NCBI GenBank assembly: GCA_965200825.1
Contig: OZ241385.1
Location: 1,134,980-1,198,979 of the forward strand
Origin: Rhodothermales bacterium
GTDB lineage: Bacteria > Bacteroidota > Rhodothermia > Rhodothermales > Bin80
Length of the DNA stretch: 64,000 nucleotides
Reading direction: 5' to 3'
Of the stretch, positions 48,961 through 58,923 are shown one piece after another; within the stretch, counting starts at the first letter, position 1; every line of letters starts with the position of its first letter. A program made the translations under genes and the position numbers. The notes under the pieces were generated by a model. The model ran no database searches, was not told the DNA's origin, and was given only the letters and a program-made list of their open reading frames with translations.

Positions 48961-50308
48961 ATCTGTTGGTTGATTTTGTTATTCGAAATTTGTGTGATAT
49001 TCGATGCCCAACAATCCATGCAATCGTATCTCCACTAAATACTACAACTACATCTGCACGTAGGGATACAGGGACAGCCACATCTGTCAAGAAGTCACTC
49101 ACTTTCTTTGTACCCTGCATTCCCAGAGGATGAATTCGATCTCCAGGCTGCCAATTTCGAACCATAAGAGGAAAATCCAGTTTTTCCGCATCAAACCAAG
49201 CTTCATCTGAGCAGATAAACTCCTTCGGTTTTGTATCTGTTAAATTGAGCTTAAGCTGCCCCCCTGCAATGACGATGGGGGTAGGCCCTGGAAATAGTTG
49301 TAAGTTTTGTAGAGACGGATCACGTATTGAGGAGGTAAATACAAGATGCCTTCGATCTCGCCAAATCGCCCCATCTCCAACCTCAATGCGCTTCCCAATC
49401 TGCAGGCCAATGAGTTCCATGACTTTTAAGGCTAGTGTTTCATCGGCCGGTGCCTCAGGCAACCACTTCCTCAACCCCTCAATGATCAGGCGGTGAGCTA
49501 GTACATCGGGCAATTTATTGAGATATGCAATCTTCAGCGATTGCCCTTCTGACGCAGCAGAAAAATGCTCGTCAATCATGGGAAGGATGACTTCATCTAC
49601 CCATTGTCGAACAAGATTAGAACTTCGGGCCAGAGACGCTGAATTCAGATGAGGGATTACTTTAAAGCGAATTCGGGATCTCTGATAGATCTCATCTTGG
49701 TTACTGGTGTCTTCGCGCCAACGAAGGTTTCTCAAATCCGCATATTCTTGAATAGATTTTCGGCTTTCAGCTAATAATGGTCGAATTAAGGTGATCGAAT
49801 CATCCAATAATCGGCTTGGGCGCATTCCCGCTATTCCTTCGGGCCCAGTTCCACGATTGAGATTGATCAGCAAAGATTCCGATTGATCGTTACTGTGGTG
49901 CCCCACAGCTACCGATGGAATCCGGCGCTGGATGGCCGTTTGTGTAAACAATCTGTATCTGATATCACGAGCAGCCATCATTACAGAAATATTCATACGG
50001 GTAGCATAAGAGCGAGCACAGGCCTGATGAATATGGAGAGGCAAACTCTGACGCTTGCACAGTTCAACGATAAAGGATTCATCTTTATCTGACTCATCAC
50101 CACGTAATTGAAAGTTCACATGAACGGCTTCACAGTTGTACCCCAAATCACACAGAACATCCAGAAGTACAACGGAATCAATCCCGCCACTGATCCCCAC
50201 CAAAACAGGTTGATTAATTTCTACCTGAACAGAATGGATCATGTAGGCCGATACCCGATCACAGAATAGTTTGGTCAACTTCATCATGATCTGAGATCTT
50301 CTGGCCAA
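48932..50308 (-). CDS. tilS: tRNA(Ile)-lysidine synthase. The start is uncertain; internal Mets would begin at about 50284 or 50242.
   Basis: PP-loop VLVGISGGIDSVVLL. A C-terminal TilS substrate-binding region is present. Confidence 0.85.
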   Translation of the reverse strand: MARRSQIMMKLTKLFCDRVSAYMIHSVQVEINQPVLVGISGGIDSVVLLDVLCDLGYNCEAVHVNFQLRGDESDKDESFIVELCKRQSLPLHIHQACARSYATRMNISVMMAARDIRYRLFTQTAIQRRIPSVAVGHHSNDQSESLLINLNRGTGPEGIAGMRPSRLLDDSITLIRPLLAESRKSIQEYADLRNLRWREDTSNQDEIYQRSRIRFKVIPHLNSASLARSSNLVRQWVDEVILPMIDEHFSAASEGQSLKIAYLNKLPDVLAHRLIIEGLRKWLPEAPADETLALKVMELIGLQIGKRIEVGDGAIWRDRRHLVFTSSIRDPSLQNLQLFPGPTPIVIAGGQLKLNLTDTKPKEFICSDEAWFDAEKLDFPLMVRNWQPGDRIHPLGMQGTKKVSDFLTDVAVPVSLRADVVVVFSGDTIAWIVGHRISHKFRITKSTNRYARLCFKRN

Positions 50309-52049
50309 AACGATGCTTTAATTCCTCGAGTGTCACACGAATGAATGTTGGTTTTCCATTAGGGGTTCGAGATGGTTCTTGACATTCGAAGAGGCGGTCG
50401 ATCAGTGTTCTCATTTCTTCTTCATTGAGTTTTACGCCAGACTGTAGAGCGCAGCGGGAAGCAAGGCTACGTGCCATATTTTCCTCAACTGGAAGTGGAG
50501 TCAACGCAATCTGGGTATTTTCTTTGTATGCATCGAGGATAGACTGCAAAATTTCTTTTTCTGCACCGGTTCGGATATGTGATGGAACGCCCTGGATTGT
50601 TACCGTACGATTCTCGGAGATTGAATAATCAAAGCCCAAGGCTCTTGCCTGTGGGGCCAATTCGTGTAACAGGTCGCAGTCTTGTTGCGTCAGACAAATG
50701 ATATGATGGAATAACAATTGCTGTGACAGCCCTCCTCCAGAACGCATATCCTCTAATGCCCGTTCGTACAGAATGCGCTGATGGGCAGCCTTCTGGTCAA
50801 CCACCAAAACCCCGTTACTCAATTGAGTTAGTATATAACGCTCCTGAATTTGCCACAGAAAGCTATCAGGCTTTGAACTGACTCCCGGAGGTAATTGACT
50901 GGGTTCAACTTCATATACGATGCTCGTTTGTTCATCATACGCGGGACGCAACTCATTAGCGCGTGGGGGTGGCTTCCAGGAATTAAATTTAGGCTCTCGT
51001 TGAAAGTCTAAAGAGGAGGAAGTTCCTGGGTATTGAGGAATTAGATCGGCAATGCCAAAAGCTCTTCGGCAAACCGCCTGCACAAAATTATATATTCCTC
51101 GATCGTCATCAAATCGAACTTCCAGCTTTGACGGATGCACATTGACATCAACGTTGTGAGGGTCAATCGTCAAGAAGAGTACATAAACGGGTTGCCTGCC
51201 TTCTGGGAGAATCGCATCATATGCCGTTCTGATTGCATGGTGGATGCTCGCGCTTTTGATGGATCTCCCATTTACAAATAAATATTGATTTTTCCGGGAT
51301 TTTCGGGCATGCTCGGGATGTGCCAAATAACCTTGTACTGAAATATAACTTGTGGATTCATCTACCGATACTACATGTTGAGTTACTTCTGGGCCGAGGA
51401 TTGTACGAAGACGTTCTCTCAATGCATCCTGAAAATTCTCGGCACGGGAGCAGATCAACCGATATACTTCCTGTTTTTCATGATCCAATCTGAAGGTAAC
51501 CCATGGATTTGCCAATGCGCAGGCGATAAAAACTTCCGAGATATGGCGAAATTCCGTGGTCGGTGCCTTCAGAAAACTGCGACGTGCTGGAACATTGAAA
51601 AATAGATTTCGAACTTCAATGATGGTTCCTACTGTTGTTGCACTCGGCGATGTTTCAAGTAATTGCCCCCCATCAATGCGTACTTGGGTACCCTGAACAT
51701 TCTCTCCCCTTTTGGTATTCAGCGTAACTTGCGCTATTGCGGCAATTGAAGCCAGAGCTTCACCTCTAAATCCCAGTGTACGAATATTTTCGAGATCCTC
51801 TGATTGGGTGATCTTGCTGGTCGCATGCCGTTCAAAGCATTGAACCGCATCCTCAGGCCCCATACCTGTTCCATTATCAGATACCTGAATCAAATTACTG
51901 CCGGAAGCCTTGACTGAAACTGTAATTTCAGTAGCCTTTGCGTCAATAGCATTTTCGAGTAACTCCTTCAGTGCAGATGCAGGACGCTGAACCACCTCTC
52001 CGGCTGCAATTTTGTTCGCTAACTCAATCGGCATTCGCCGAATTTGCAT
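50259..52049 (-). CDS. mutL: DNA mismatch repair protein MutL
   Basis: MQIRRMPIELANKIAAGEVVQRPAS from ATG 52049 (the track ORF starts at TTG 52082), plus the GFRGEAL motif. Confidence 0.9.
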   Translation of the reverse strand: MQIRRMPIELANKIAAGEVVQRPASALKELLENAIDAKATEITVSVKASGSNLIQVSDNGTGMGPEDAVQCFERHATSKITQSEDLENIRTLGFRGEALASIAAIAQVTLNTKRGENVQGTQVRIDGGQLLETSPSATTVGTIIEVRNLFFNVPARRSFLKAPTTEFRHISEVFIACALANPWVTFRLDHEKQEVYRLICSRAENFQDALRERLRTILGPEVTQHVVSVDESTSYISVQGYLAHPEHARKSRKNQYLFVNGRSIKSASIHHAIRTAYDAILPEGRQPVYVLFLTIDPHNVDVNVHPSKLEVRFDDDRGIYNFVQAVCRRAFGIADLIPQYPGTSSSLDFQREPKFNSWKPPPRANELRPAYDEQTSIVYEVEPSQLPPGVSSKPDSFLWQIQERYILTQLSNGVLVVDQKAAHQRILYERALEDMRSGGGLSQQLLFHHIICLTQQDCDLLHELAPQARALGFDYSISENRTVTIQGVPSHIRTGAEKEILQSILDAYKENTQIALTPLPVEENMARSLASRCALQSGVKLNEEEMRTLIDRLFECQEPSRTPNGKPTFIRVTLEELKHRFGQKISDHDEVDQTIL

Positions 52050-52071
52050 TTCCTGCCCCATGAGTGCTGAT

Positions 52072-52275
52072 TTAACGCCCAATTACGTTATAGATATATA
52101 ACGCTGTAAGGAGTAATGCTGCAAGGTAATAGAGTGCAATTGGGCTACGTCTGCGACGGACTCGACTTTGGATTCTCATGCGTCGCTTCAGATTCTCGTC
52201 TTTACGTGGATCGTAATAGCGGGGAGTATAGTCAAATCTGCGAGGTTTCGGCTTACGCCCAAACAGAAGTCCCAT
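52072..52275 (-). CDS. Small arginine/lysine-rich tail-anchored membrane protein (hypothetical)
   Basis: 67 aa, with 17 K/R in the first 43 residues and then one hydrophobic helix (IALYYLAALLLTALYIYNVI). It is tightly packed, 1 nt after the cdsA stop and 22 nt before the mutL ATG. Confidence 0.5.
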   Translation of the reverse strand: MGLLFGRKPKPRRFDYTPRYYDPRKDENLKRRMRIQSRVRRRRSPIALYYLAALLLTALYIYNVIGR

Positions 52276-52276
52276 T

Positions 52277-53086
52277 TTAGAACTGATTTGCGATAAAGAT
52301 GATATACATGTATGCTAATGGAGCGGCCACAATGATCCCATCAAAGCGATCCAGAATTCCCCCGTGGCCCGGTAAAATCACTCCGGAATCTTTTACTCCT
52401 GCTACACGCTTGAACCGACTTTCTGCCAAATCTCCAATTGCACCGGAGAGAGTACAGACGATTGCTAGAATTATGATATGAGTCATTCCTAGCGGCACTT
52501 CGAATACCAAATCAAGTGCCACCGCTGCCAAGGCAGCTCCTCCAATTCCACCAAGAAATCCCTCCCATGTTTTGCCCGGAGAAATTGAAGGTGCCAAGGG
52601 ATGATGTCCAAAAAACGATCCCGCAAAAAACGCAAATATATCACTTGCCCAAACGAGGACAAGTACGGTGATCGTCAATATCAATGCTTCCTCCCCACTG
52701 TACCCGGGGATTGTGCGCAGATCCGTCAAAAAAGCTAATAAAGTAGTCGGATAGACCGCACCGGAAAGCGTCGCTCCGAGGCGCATCAATGGCTGATCGC
52801 TTTTCGTGAATGTACACCACAGGACCAAGCCGACAACAGGGACAGCAGTTAGCAGAAAAATATTTGGTACTAAAACCCGTAGCGTCAAGCCTGCTCCCAA
52901 TAAAATCCCCGTGATTCTCCAAGCTTTGACCCCGCACCGTTCATAGAGTTGATATAATTCAATCTGCCCTATAAGTGCTATAATCAGTACGGCAACACCA
53001 AAATACCAAGGCCCAAGCCATGCAGAGCCAACCAGCAAAGAGGCTCCGATTGTAGCTGTAAACAGACGCGTTAATAACTGTGACAT
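52277..53086 (-). CDS. cdsA: Phosphatidate cytidylyltransferase
   Basis: 269 aa with PGKTWEGFLGG and the signature SRFKRVAGVKDSGVILPGHGGILDRFDG. Confidence 0.9.
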   Translation of the reverse strand: MSQLLTRLFTATIGASLLVGSAWLGPWYFGVAVLIIALIGQIELYQLYERCGVKAWRITGILLGAGLTLRVLVPNIFLLTAVPVVGLVLWCTFTKSDQPLMRLGATLSGAVYPTTLLAFLTDLRTIPGYSGEEALILTITVLVLVWASDIFAFFAGSFFGHHPLAPSISPGKTWEGFLGGIGGAALAAVALDLVFEVPLGMTHIIILAIVCTLSGAIGDLAESRFKRVAGVKDSGVILPGHGGILDRFDGIIVAAPLAYMYIIFIANQF

Positions 53087-53102
53087 TCTAACGCCGTTTT
53101 AC

Positions 53103-54317
53103 TTACTCATTTTTCAGGGCTTCATGGGTCAATTCATCTTCGTTAAGAGGCTGTTGCAAAATTATCTCAGATGCCGCTTTCTGCATAGATGACGGCACGA
53201 GTATTTTGATCTTTGCCAAGTAGCCAAACGTCAAATTGAATGCATGATCTCGCTGGTTAAGTATGACGGCAGGAATATCCGCGTCCTGAAGACGCGCATA
53301 TACTATGTCAGCTTCGTAATCGATTCCACATCGAAAAACTTCAACCCATTCAGTGCGCCGTTTTTTTTCATGGCGTCGATGAATAAATTGAACACAGATC
53401 AGGAAACCAACGGCACCGGCGATTATCAAGGGCAGTGGAACTGTTTCCGGGTCCGAAATAGATCCTGATCCCCATTCAGATATAGCCAGCATCAGTCCGT
53501 TGTTCAAAAAATGTAATACTACAGGAATTAACAGACTCCCTGTACGCCATGTAATATATGCAAGAAAGCAACCAAGGACGGCAAGGGGCAACACCTGAGT
53601 CAGTCTCAAATGAAATATTCCGAACACGACTCCGGTAAATAAGATTCCACCAACGATTCCCATACCTCGTTCAGCACGCCTCTGCACAAATCCTCGAAAA
53701 AACGCCTCTTCAAACAGAGCCGGTGTGAGTGCAACAAAAAGCAGGTTGAGCCAAAAACTACCACCTCCTGAAGCAAGCCATTCAACGATTTCCATCTGCT
53801 GATCCTCCATTCTTTGAAGAAATTCTGGCAGTGGAAGTTGATCATTCATAATACCAAGTGCCAGTACTATTGGTAACAAGCAAAAAAAACTCGCACAGGA
53901 CAGGACTAAATCTCTGATCTCACAACTCCTGAATCGTAGATAATTCAAGGGACGAGAAGAGTCAAGCCAGCTTGCAAGGAACGCAATGCTACCAAGTCCC
54001 AGAGCAAGGCCAACTGCATTTGCTCCCAATAAAACACTCCCGTGCTCTGCAAGAACATTACTTTGGTTGGATATAAGATCCTGTAGTCCAACCCCTCGTA
54101 ACTCAAGGAATAAAACCGAAACAAGGTTCCCAACAAACAGATATGCGACCAACCCAACGATGATCCATAAAGACAGAACGGCAAATGTCGACCAATTACC
54201 GGAAACACCGTCAAATATGCTACTGTCTGTTTGGGAATCTACATCAGTTGTTTCTTTATGCTGCACATCCCCAACCTCATCTCTGTCATCGAGCAAATTT
54301 GATTGATCATTGATCAT
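53103..54317 (-). CDS. CPBP-family intramembrane glutamic protease fused to a C-terminal DUF2007-like domain
   Basis: 404 aa with the CPBP motifs [13 protein letters not shown] and HFLNN. The C-terminal soluble ~80 aa ([33 protein letters not shown]...[16 protein letters not shown]) resemble the DUF2007 fold pattern. Confidence 0.7.
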   Translation of the reverse strand: MINDQSNLLDDRDEVGDVQHKETTDVDSQTDSSIFDGVSGNWSTFAVLSLWIIVGLVAYLFVGNLVSVLFLELRGVGLQDLISNQSNVLAEHGSVLLGANAVGLALGLGSIAFLASWLDSSRPLNYLRFRSCEIRDLVLSCASFFCLLPIVLALGIMNDQLPLPEFLQRMEDQQMEIVEWLASGGGSFWLNLLFVALTPALFEEAFFRGFVQRRAERGMGIVGGILFTGVVFGIFHLRLTQVLPLAVLGCFLAYITWRTGSLLIPVVLHFLNNGLMLAISEWGSGSISDPETVPLPLIIAGAVGFLICVQFIHRRHEKKRRTEWVEVFRCGIDYEADIVYARLQDADIPAVILNQRDHAFNLTFGYLAKIKILVPSSMQKAASEIILQQPLNEDELTHEALKNE

Positions 54318-54355
54318 TGAAACGTTTTAGGCAGGTAATACATTAGAGGGGACAT

Positions 54356-54429
54356 GCGCCCGTAGCTCAGCTGGATAGAGCGTCTGCCTCCGGAGCAGAA
54401 GGCCAGAGGTTCGAATCCTCTCGGGCGTA
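54356..54429 (+). tRNA. tRNA-Arg (anticodon CCG)
   Basis: Hand-folded cloverleaf. Acceptor GCGCCCG/CGGGCGT (with G1-U72), D arm GCTC/GAGC, anticodon stem TCTGC/GCAGA with loop CTCCGGA, T arm AGAGG/CCTCT with loop TTCGAAT. CCA is not fully encoded. Confidence 0.9.
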
Positions 54430-54441
54430 CCTCCTTGGGAG

Positions 54442-55731
54442 TCATTCGTTCTTTAGCTGACCTTCTGACGAAGCGACTACGGTGGCTACCGTTGCATCCC
54501 CTGTGACATTACATACGGTTCTGCACATATCCAAAATCCTATCAACCCCCAAAATCAATGCAATCCCTGCGGCTGGAACCCCGACTGACTGCAGGATAAT
54601 GATCAACATGATAATCCCCGCGCTAGGTACTGCCGCCGTGCCAATTGAGGCAAGAACGGCCAGCAGTATAATCTCGATCTGATCCATAAATCCAAGTGCA
54701 ATTCCTAGTGTCTGAGCAATAAAAACGGCTGCGACAGCCTGATACAGTGCTGTTCCATCCATATTGATCGTCGCTCCAAGAGGCAGGACAAACGAAGAAA
54801 CCTCTTCACTGACCCCCAAATGTTTCTCTGCACGATCCATGGTAACAGGCAAAGTTGCGCCACTCGAAGATGTACTGAATGCAACCAGCTGTGCAGGTGC
54901 AATACCAGTGATGAATTTCTTGATTGCAAGAGGTGTAAAAAACTTGATAATTGATCCATAGGTAATCGTAACATGTACGATAAGACCAATCAAAACAACC
55001 AGCATGTAATACCCTAGTGCTCCTAAAAGCCTCCATAGCTCACTCAAATTATCACCTGAGATCAAGCTGACCGTATCTGCAAGTAGTGCAAATACACCAA
55101 TCGGGGCAATCCACATGATGAGTTCAACGAGCTTAATTACAGCCGCCGTAAGGCTTTCAAATATCCCAAGTAGAGGACGCGCCTTTTCCGCTGGAATAAG
55201 AAGTAAGGAAATTCCGAACAATACAGCAATAAGTACCACCTGCAACATATTCCGGTTGTTAGATGCAGCAGCAGCAATGTTGCGAGGAACCATGTCTACA
55301 AATGCCTGTAGTGGCCCACGCTCTTCTGCCGATGCAGCACTCTCCTGGCGCTCTTCTGCCATATCTGACCAATCTGCCTGCAGCTTGGTTCGTACATCGT
55401 CAGGGACTGTATTTCCCGGGCGAATGACATTTACCAAAATCAATCCTATAATCAAAGACGCAACGGTCGTACCGATATAGATCGCGATTGTCTTTCCCCC
55501 AATACGGGCGAGTTTTCTTGTATCTGACAATGAGGCTATGCCCGTTATGATTGATCCCAGAACAAGAGGAACTGCAATCATGAACAATGCATTCAGAAAG
55601 ATATCACCGAATGGGCTGATCCAGGCTTGAGTGAATTCTCCCCAACCCATAGCAGCGGAAAGAATCCCATACCCTAAACCAAAGAAAAGAGCCAGAATGA
55701 TCCAAATGTGTAATTTTTTATACCAATTCAT
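54442..55731 (-). CDS. Dicarboxylate/amino acid:cation symporter (DAACS family)
   Basis: 429 aa with the family motifs [12 protein letters not shown] and NMDGTALYQ. Confidence 0.9.
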   Translation of the reverse strand: MNWYKKLHIWIILALFFGLGYGILSAAMGWGEFTQAWISPFGDIFLNALFMIAVPLVLGSIITGIASLSDTRKLARIGGKTIAIYIGTTVASLIIGLILVNVIRPGNTVPDDVRTKLQADWSDMAEERQESAASAEERGPLQAFVDMVPRNIAAAASNNRNMLQVVLIAVLFGISLLLIPAEKARPLLGIFESLTAAVIKLVELIMWIAPIGVFALLADTVSLISGDNLSELWRLLGALGYYMLVVLIGLIVHVTITYGSIIKFFTPLAIKKFITGIAPAQLVAFSTSSSGATLPVTMDRAEKHLGVSEEVSSFVLPLGATINMDGTALYQAVAAVFIAQTLGIALGFMDQIEIILLAVLASIGTAAVPSAGIIMLIIILQSVGVPAAGIALILGVDRILDMCRTVCNVTGDATVATVVASSEGQLKNE

Positions 55732-55808
55732 AATTCAAAAAATATAATACTATTGTATAGTGGGTATTACGACTGAGCCCAATATAAGCACTAAAAATTC
55801 ACATATTT

Positions 55809-56792
55809 TCAATCTATAATTCTATTGACGGAATTTGATGATCTTGGGTTCAGAAGAAACTTAAAACTTAATTGAGGCGCAAAATGTGTGCCATCGATAT
55901 CTTGGAGCAATCCGAAACGTACATGCATCCGACGATTATGTATTCTCGCGAAGACTGCTGCGTCTATAGCGGCAAGTACATGGTTTGCGATTAGCAGCGT
56001 TGTGATTCGGGAAGCTCTGCGCAGGTATGCATTTGCATCAGCATGATCTTCTGCATATCGATAAAACCTGGCTGATACATTCGCCTTGCCCTCCCCCGAT
56101 CCACTCGCCTCCGGCTCAATTGATGGAATAAATCGTCCATTCTCATCAATCCATGTAATCCGGCCGTTCTTGATCAAGGCAACATAATCATCCCATCCCG
56201 GGGCGTACTGAAAGTATTTTCCAATCAGTTCATAGTACTGCTGCTCACCAAAGTACGGTAATACATGGGAGAAAGCAGCACCCGTACCTCCATGATATAG
56301 AATACGTTCAACTCGTTGAATCTCCCGAATCAATGATCTCACTGCCAACTGGTCTGATTGAGCCCAAGTGTCCGGTTGGGCAAAATTAATGCTTGAAAGT
56401 GACGAAGAAATCTCTACGGGAGGTGTGTCAACAAGCCTACCACCCGGTAATTCATTCAGATACTGGGTATAGTCATTCAACCAGTGTGCATATCGAACCG
56501 GGCTCCAGTGTGTATGGGCCTGATCTCTGTATGCGTTCCTCCCATCAACACCTTGTTGTCGCCACGAATTATAAAGGAGAAGTACTGTGGCTTCTCCTGC
56601 GATGGCTACTGCCGCCTTAACCCAGCTACGGTTATACGCCTGCCCCAAACCAGGTATGGCAACGGACATTCCGAATGCAAGCGGGACACTTCGCTTGGCG
56701 CCGGAAAATAAGGCCTCCAGACTATCTGCACTCGGCTGCGCTTGCGCATTTATACAGCCGAGTAGGCTAAGCACAAGCAAGGTAGTTCTCAT
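55809..56792 (-). CDS. Hypothetical secreted/membrane protein with a DUF5683-like N-terminal segment
   Basis: 327 aa with a signal peptide (LLVLSLLGCINAQA). AIPGLGQAYNRSW resembles the PGLGQxYN motif of DUF5683 proteins. Confidence 0.5.
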   Translation of the reverse strand: MRTTLLVLSLLGCINAQAQPSADSLEALFSGAKRSVPLAFGMSVAIPGLGQAYNRSWVKAAVAIAGEATVLLLYNSWRQQGVDGRNAYRDQAHTHWSPVRYAHWLNDYTQYLNELPGGRLVDTPPVEISSSLSSINFAQPDTWAQSDQLAVRSLIREIQRVERILYHGGTGAAFSHVLPYFGEQQYYELIGKYFQYAPGWDDYVALIKNGRITWIDENGRFIPSIEPEASGSGEGKANVSARFYRYAEDHADANAYLRRASRITTLLIANHVLAAIDAAVFARIHNRRMHVRFGLLQDIDGTHFAPQLSFKFLLNPRSSNSVNRIID

Positions 56793-57462
56793 GCTGAGTA
56801 ATCATGGGAAATCCCAAAGTTTTGGAAGAAATCATATACAACAGTATCCAGAAAGGCCATATCTATCGCGATTATTTTCGTCTTTCTCATAATATTTGAG
56901 TATCCAAACAGAGACACAGTTACGGCGGTAGAAAATGTGGAATTACGAGGTTCTCTTGCGATACTTATCACCATTCTATCATTGCCGATTCATGTTTACC
57001 AAAACTCCTGTAATTTGATATTCAACAATTGGCCCTACCGTTGCCTTATCTGGGTTGAATGATTAAGAGGTAGATAGGTTTTGAATAGAAATTCTTATTT
57101 ACTTTGGGGCGGTTTTCATTCTAAATAAATCTATTTGTCAATGATGGAAGTACGTATACAAGATTTGAATCAATTATTAGGGATCGGCTCTCGTGGCAGG
57201 TATCCGAGATCAGGCAAGATGATGCATCAAAGGAGGCCGAGGCTCATGTGAGCTATTCATATTTCCTTCGCTTCAGCTATGATTCCATTGCGTAAACGGT
57301 GGTCGGGTGATGAGTTTTTCCTCAAATGGGAGAAAGCTTGCGGAAGCAAAAGCAAAAATTCCTGTCTTGCGGGTATGGCCGTGTGAGAACGGTTTATATT
57401 TTGTCGGATTTTGGGTACTTGTCTGGACAAACACAAATTAATCTATACAGCCCACACGTCAC

Positions 57463-58105
57463 ATGTACTATCGGGCAATTAAGAGAAGAGCCTTAGTGAT
57501 TTTTCGGAAGTTTCGATTTAAAAATCAGGGCATTCAGTTTGCCTCTCCCAATTTTATATTCTTTCGTCCAGAGAATGACAAGAGGTTGACCGTAATAGAT
57601 GTAGATTGTGGTTCACTGGCTGAATTTTCCATTCATTTGATTGACAGATATGGTGCAATTTGTTTTGGGGTGGACCCGACAGAGAAGCATAAGCCAGTCT
57701 TGACTGATCTTGTTCGTAAGCACAAAGATCATTTCATTCATGTTCCGTATGCAATCTGCGCGAAAAATGGCACTCTGAATTTCTTTGAATCGAAGGTTAA
57801 CGAAAGTGGGTCTATAATGTCAGATCATATCAATGTCGTGTATGACGAAGGTCTTTCATACCCGATCAAATGCTTAACACCAAAGTCTCTGCTTGATCAT
57901 CTTAGACTCGATTCTGCTGACATACTGAAATTAGATATAGAGGGAGCCGAATACGAACTATTAGAAATCCTTGGTTTGAATGAATTGCTTCAATTCAAAC
58001 AAATCTTTATTGAAGCATCACGCGGTCGAGAGTTACACATTCTCAGATACGATGAAAGCTGTAGAACGTCTGTGTAATCTGGGATTTGAGAGCTTCTCTC
58101 CGTAA
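57463..58105 (+). pseudogene. FkbM-family methyltransferase with an apparent +1 frameshift at about 58015
   Basis: The track ORF 57463-58077 carries VIDVDCGS...FGVDP...NGTLNFFES...LKLDIEGAEYELL (FkbM pattern) but ends in ...IFIEASRGRELHIL... Skipping the single g at 58015 instead gives IFIE-HHAVESYTFSDTMKAVERLCNLGFESFSP with a stop at 58103-58105. That fits the family's iE.H ending. Confidence 0.55.
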
Positions 58106-58271
58106 AAAACCTGGATAATTGACGAGTATGAAAACAATCCAAATTATACACCAGAAAGAAAAATCAGGAGCGAAAAACAAAAAATATAAAAGTACAAGTT
58201 ATTTTTCGCCAGCCCTAATCATGGAGAATTCTATTATACCAGGAGGTAGCTCCCCATTATAGACAGCATTC

Positions 58272-58910
58272 CTAAGATTCAAGTTCAGCAAGCCATGGGG
58301 TGACGAGTCCTTCAAAGTACGCAAAATTCCCTGCTCCTCGAACATGTTCACGTATCATTCCGTTCCCATCGATGACATAGGTGACGGGTCGCCCATTTGC
58401 CAACTCATAACGAAACGACTCGGGCAGGCTTTCATGCCGAACAAATCCAGAAACTGTTTCTTGTGGTAATAAATCGGAATACAACTGTAATTCTTCCAGT
58501 TCTTCATCTGATACGGTTAGGACCACCAGTCCTTTTTCACGATAAGCTACCTGAAGTTCGTCGAGTTCGGGCAATTCTGTGATGCAAGGCTGGCACCAAG
58601 TTGCCCAGAAGTTCAGAAGAATCACCTTCCCGCTATAATCGCGGAGGTTTTTATTTTCTTGGTTGGATACTAATTGAAATTCAAATGACTCAGCCAACGT
58701 CGGTGTGTCACTTAAGTCGGTCGGCTCCTCATAAATCCAAATAAGGGCAATCACCAAACCAGACAAACATACCAGCACTGTACACATGCCGGTCACCATC
58801 CATTGCAAGGCCCCCTGAGGAATCGGTCGTGAATTTTTGCGGAGTACCATATAAACTACTCCAATACTGACTACAATAAACAAAAAGCAAATTACAAGTA
58901 AGGGTGTCAT
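58272..58910 (-). CDS. Membrane-anchored TlpA/ResA-like thiol:disulfide oxidoreductase
   Basis: 212 aa with an N-terminal TM segment and a thioredoxin fold carrying NFWATWCQPC (CxxC). Confidence 0.85.
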   Translation of the reverse strand: MTPLLVICFLFIVVSIGVVYMVLRKNSRPIPQGALQWMVTGMCTVLVCLSGLVIALIWIYEEPTDLSDTPTLAESFEFQLVSNQENKNLRDYSGKVILLNFWATWCQPCITELPELDELQVAYREKGLVVLTVSDEELEELQLYSDLLPQETVSGFVRHESLPESFRYELANGRPVTYVIDGNGMIREHVRGAGNFAYFEGLVTPWLAELES

Positions 58911-58923
58911 TTGATTTCAATAT

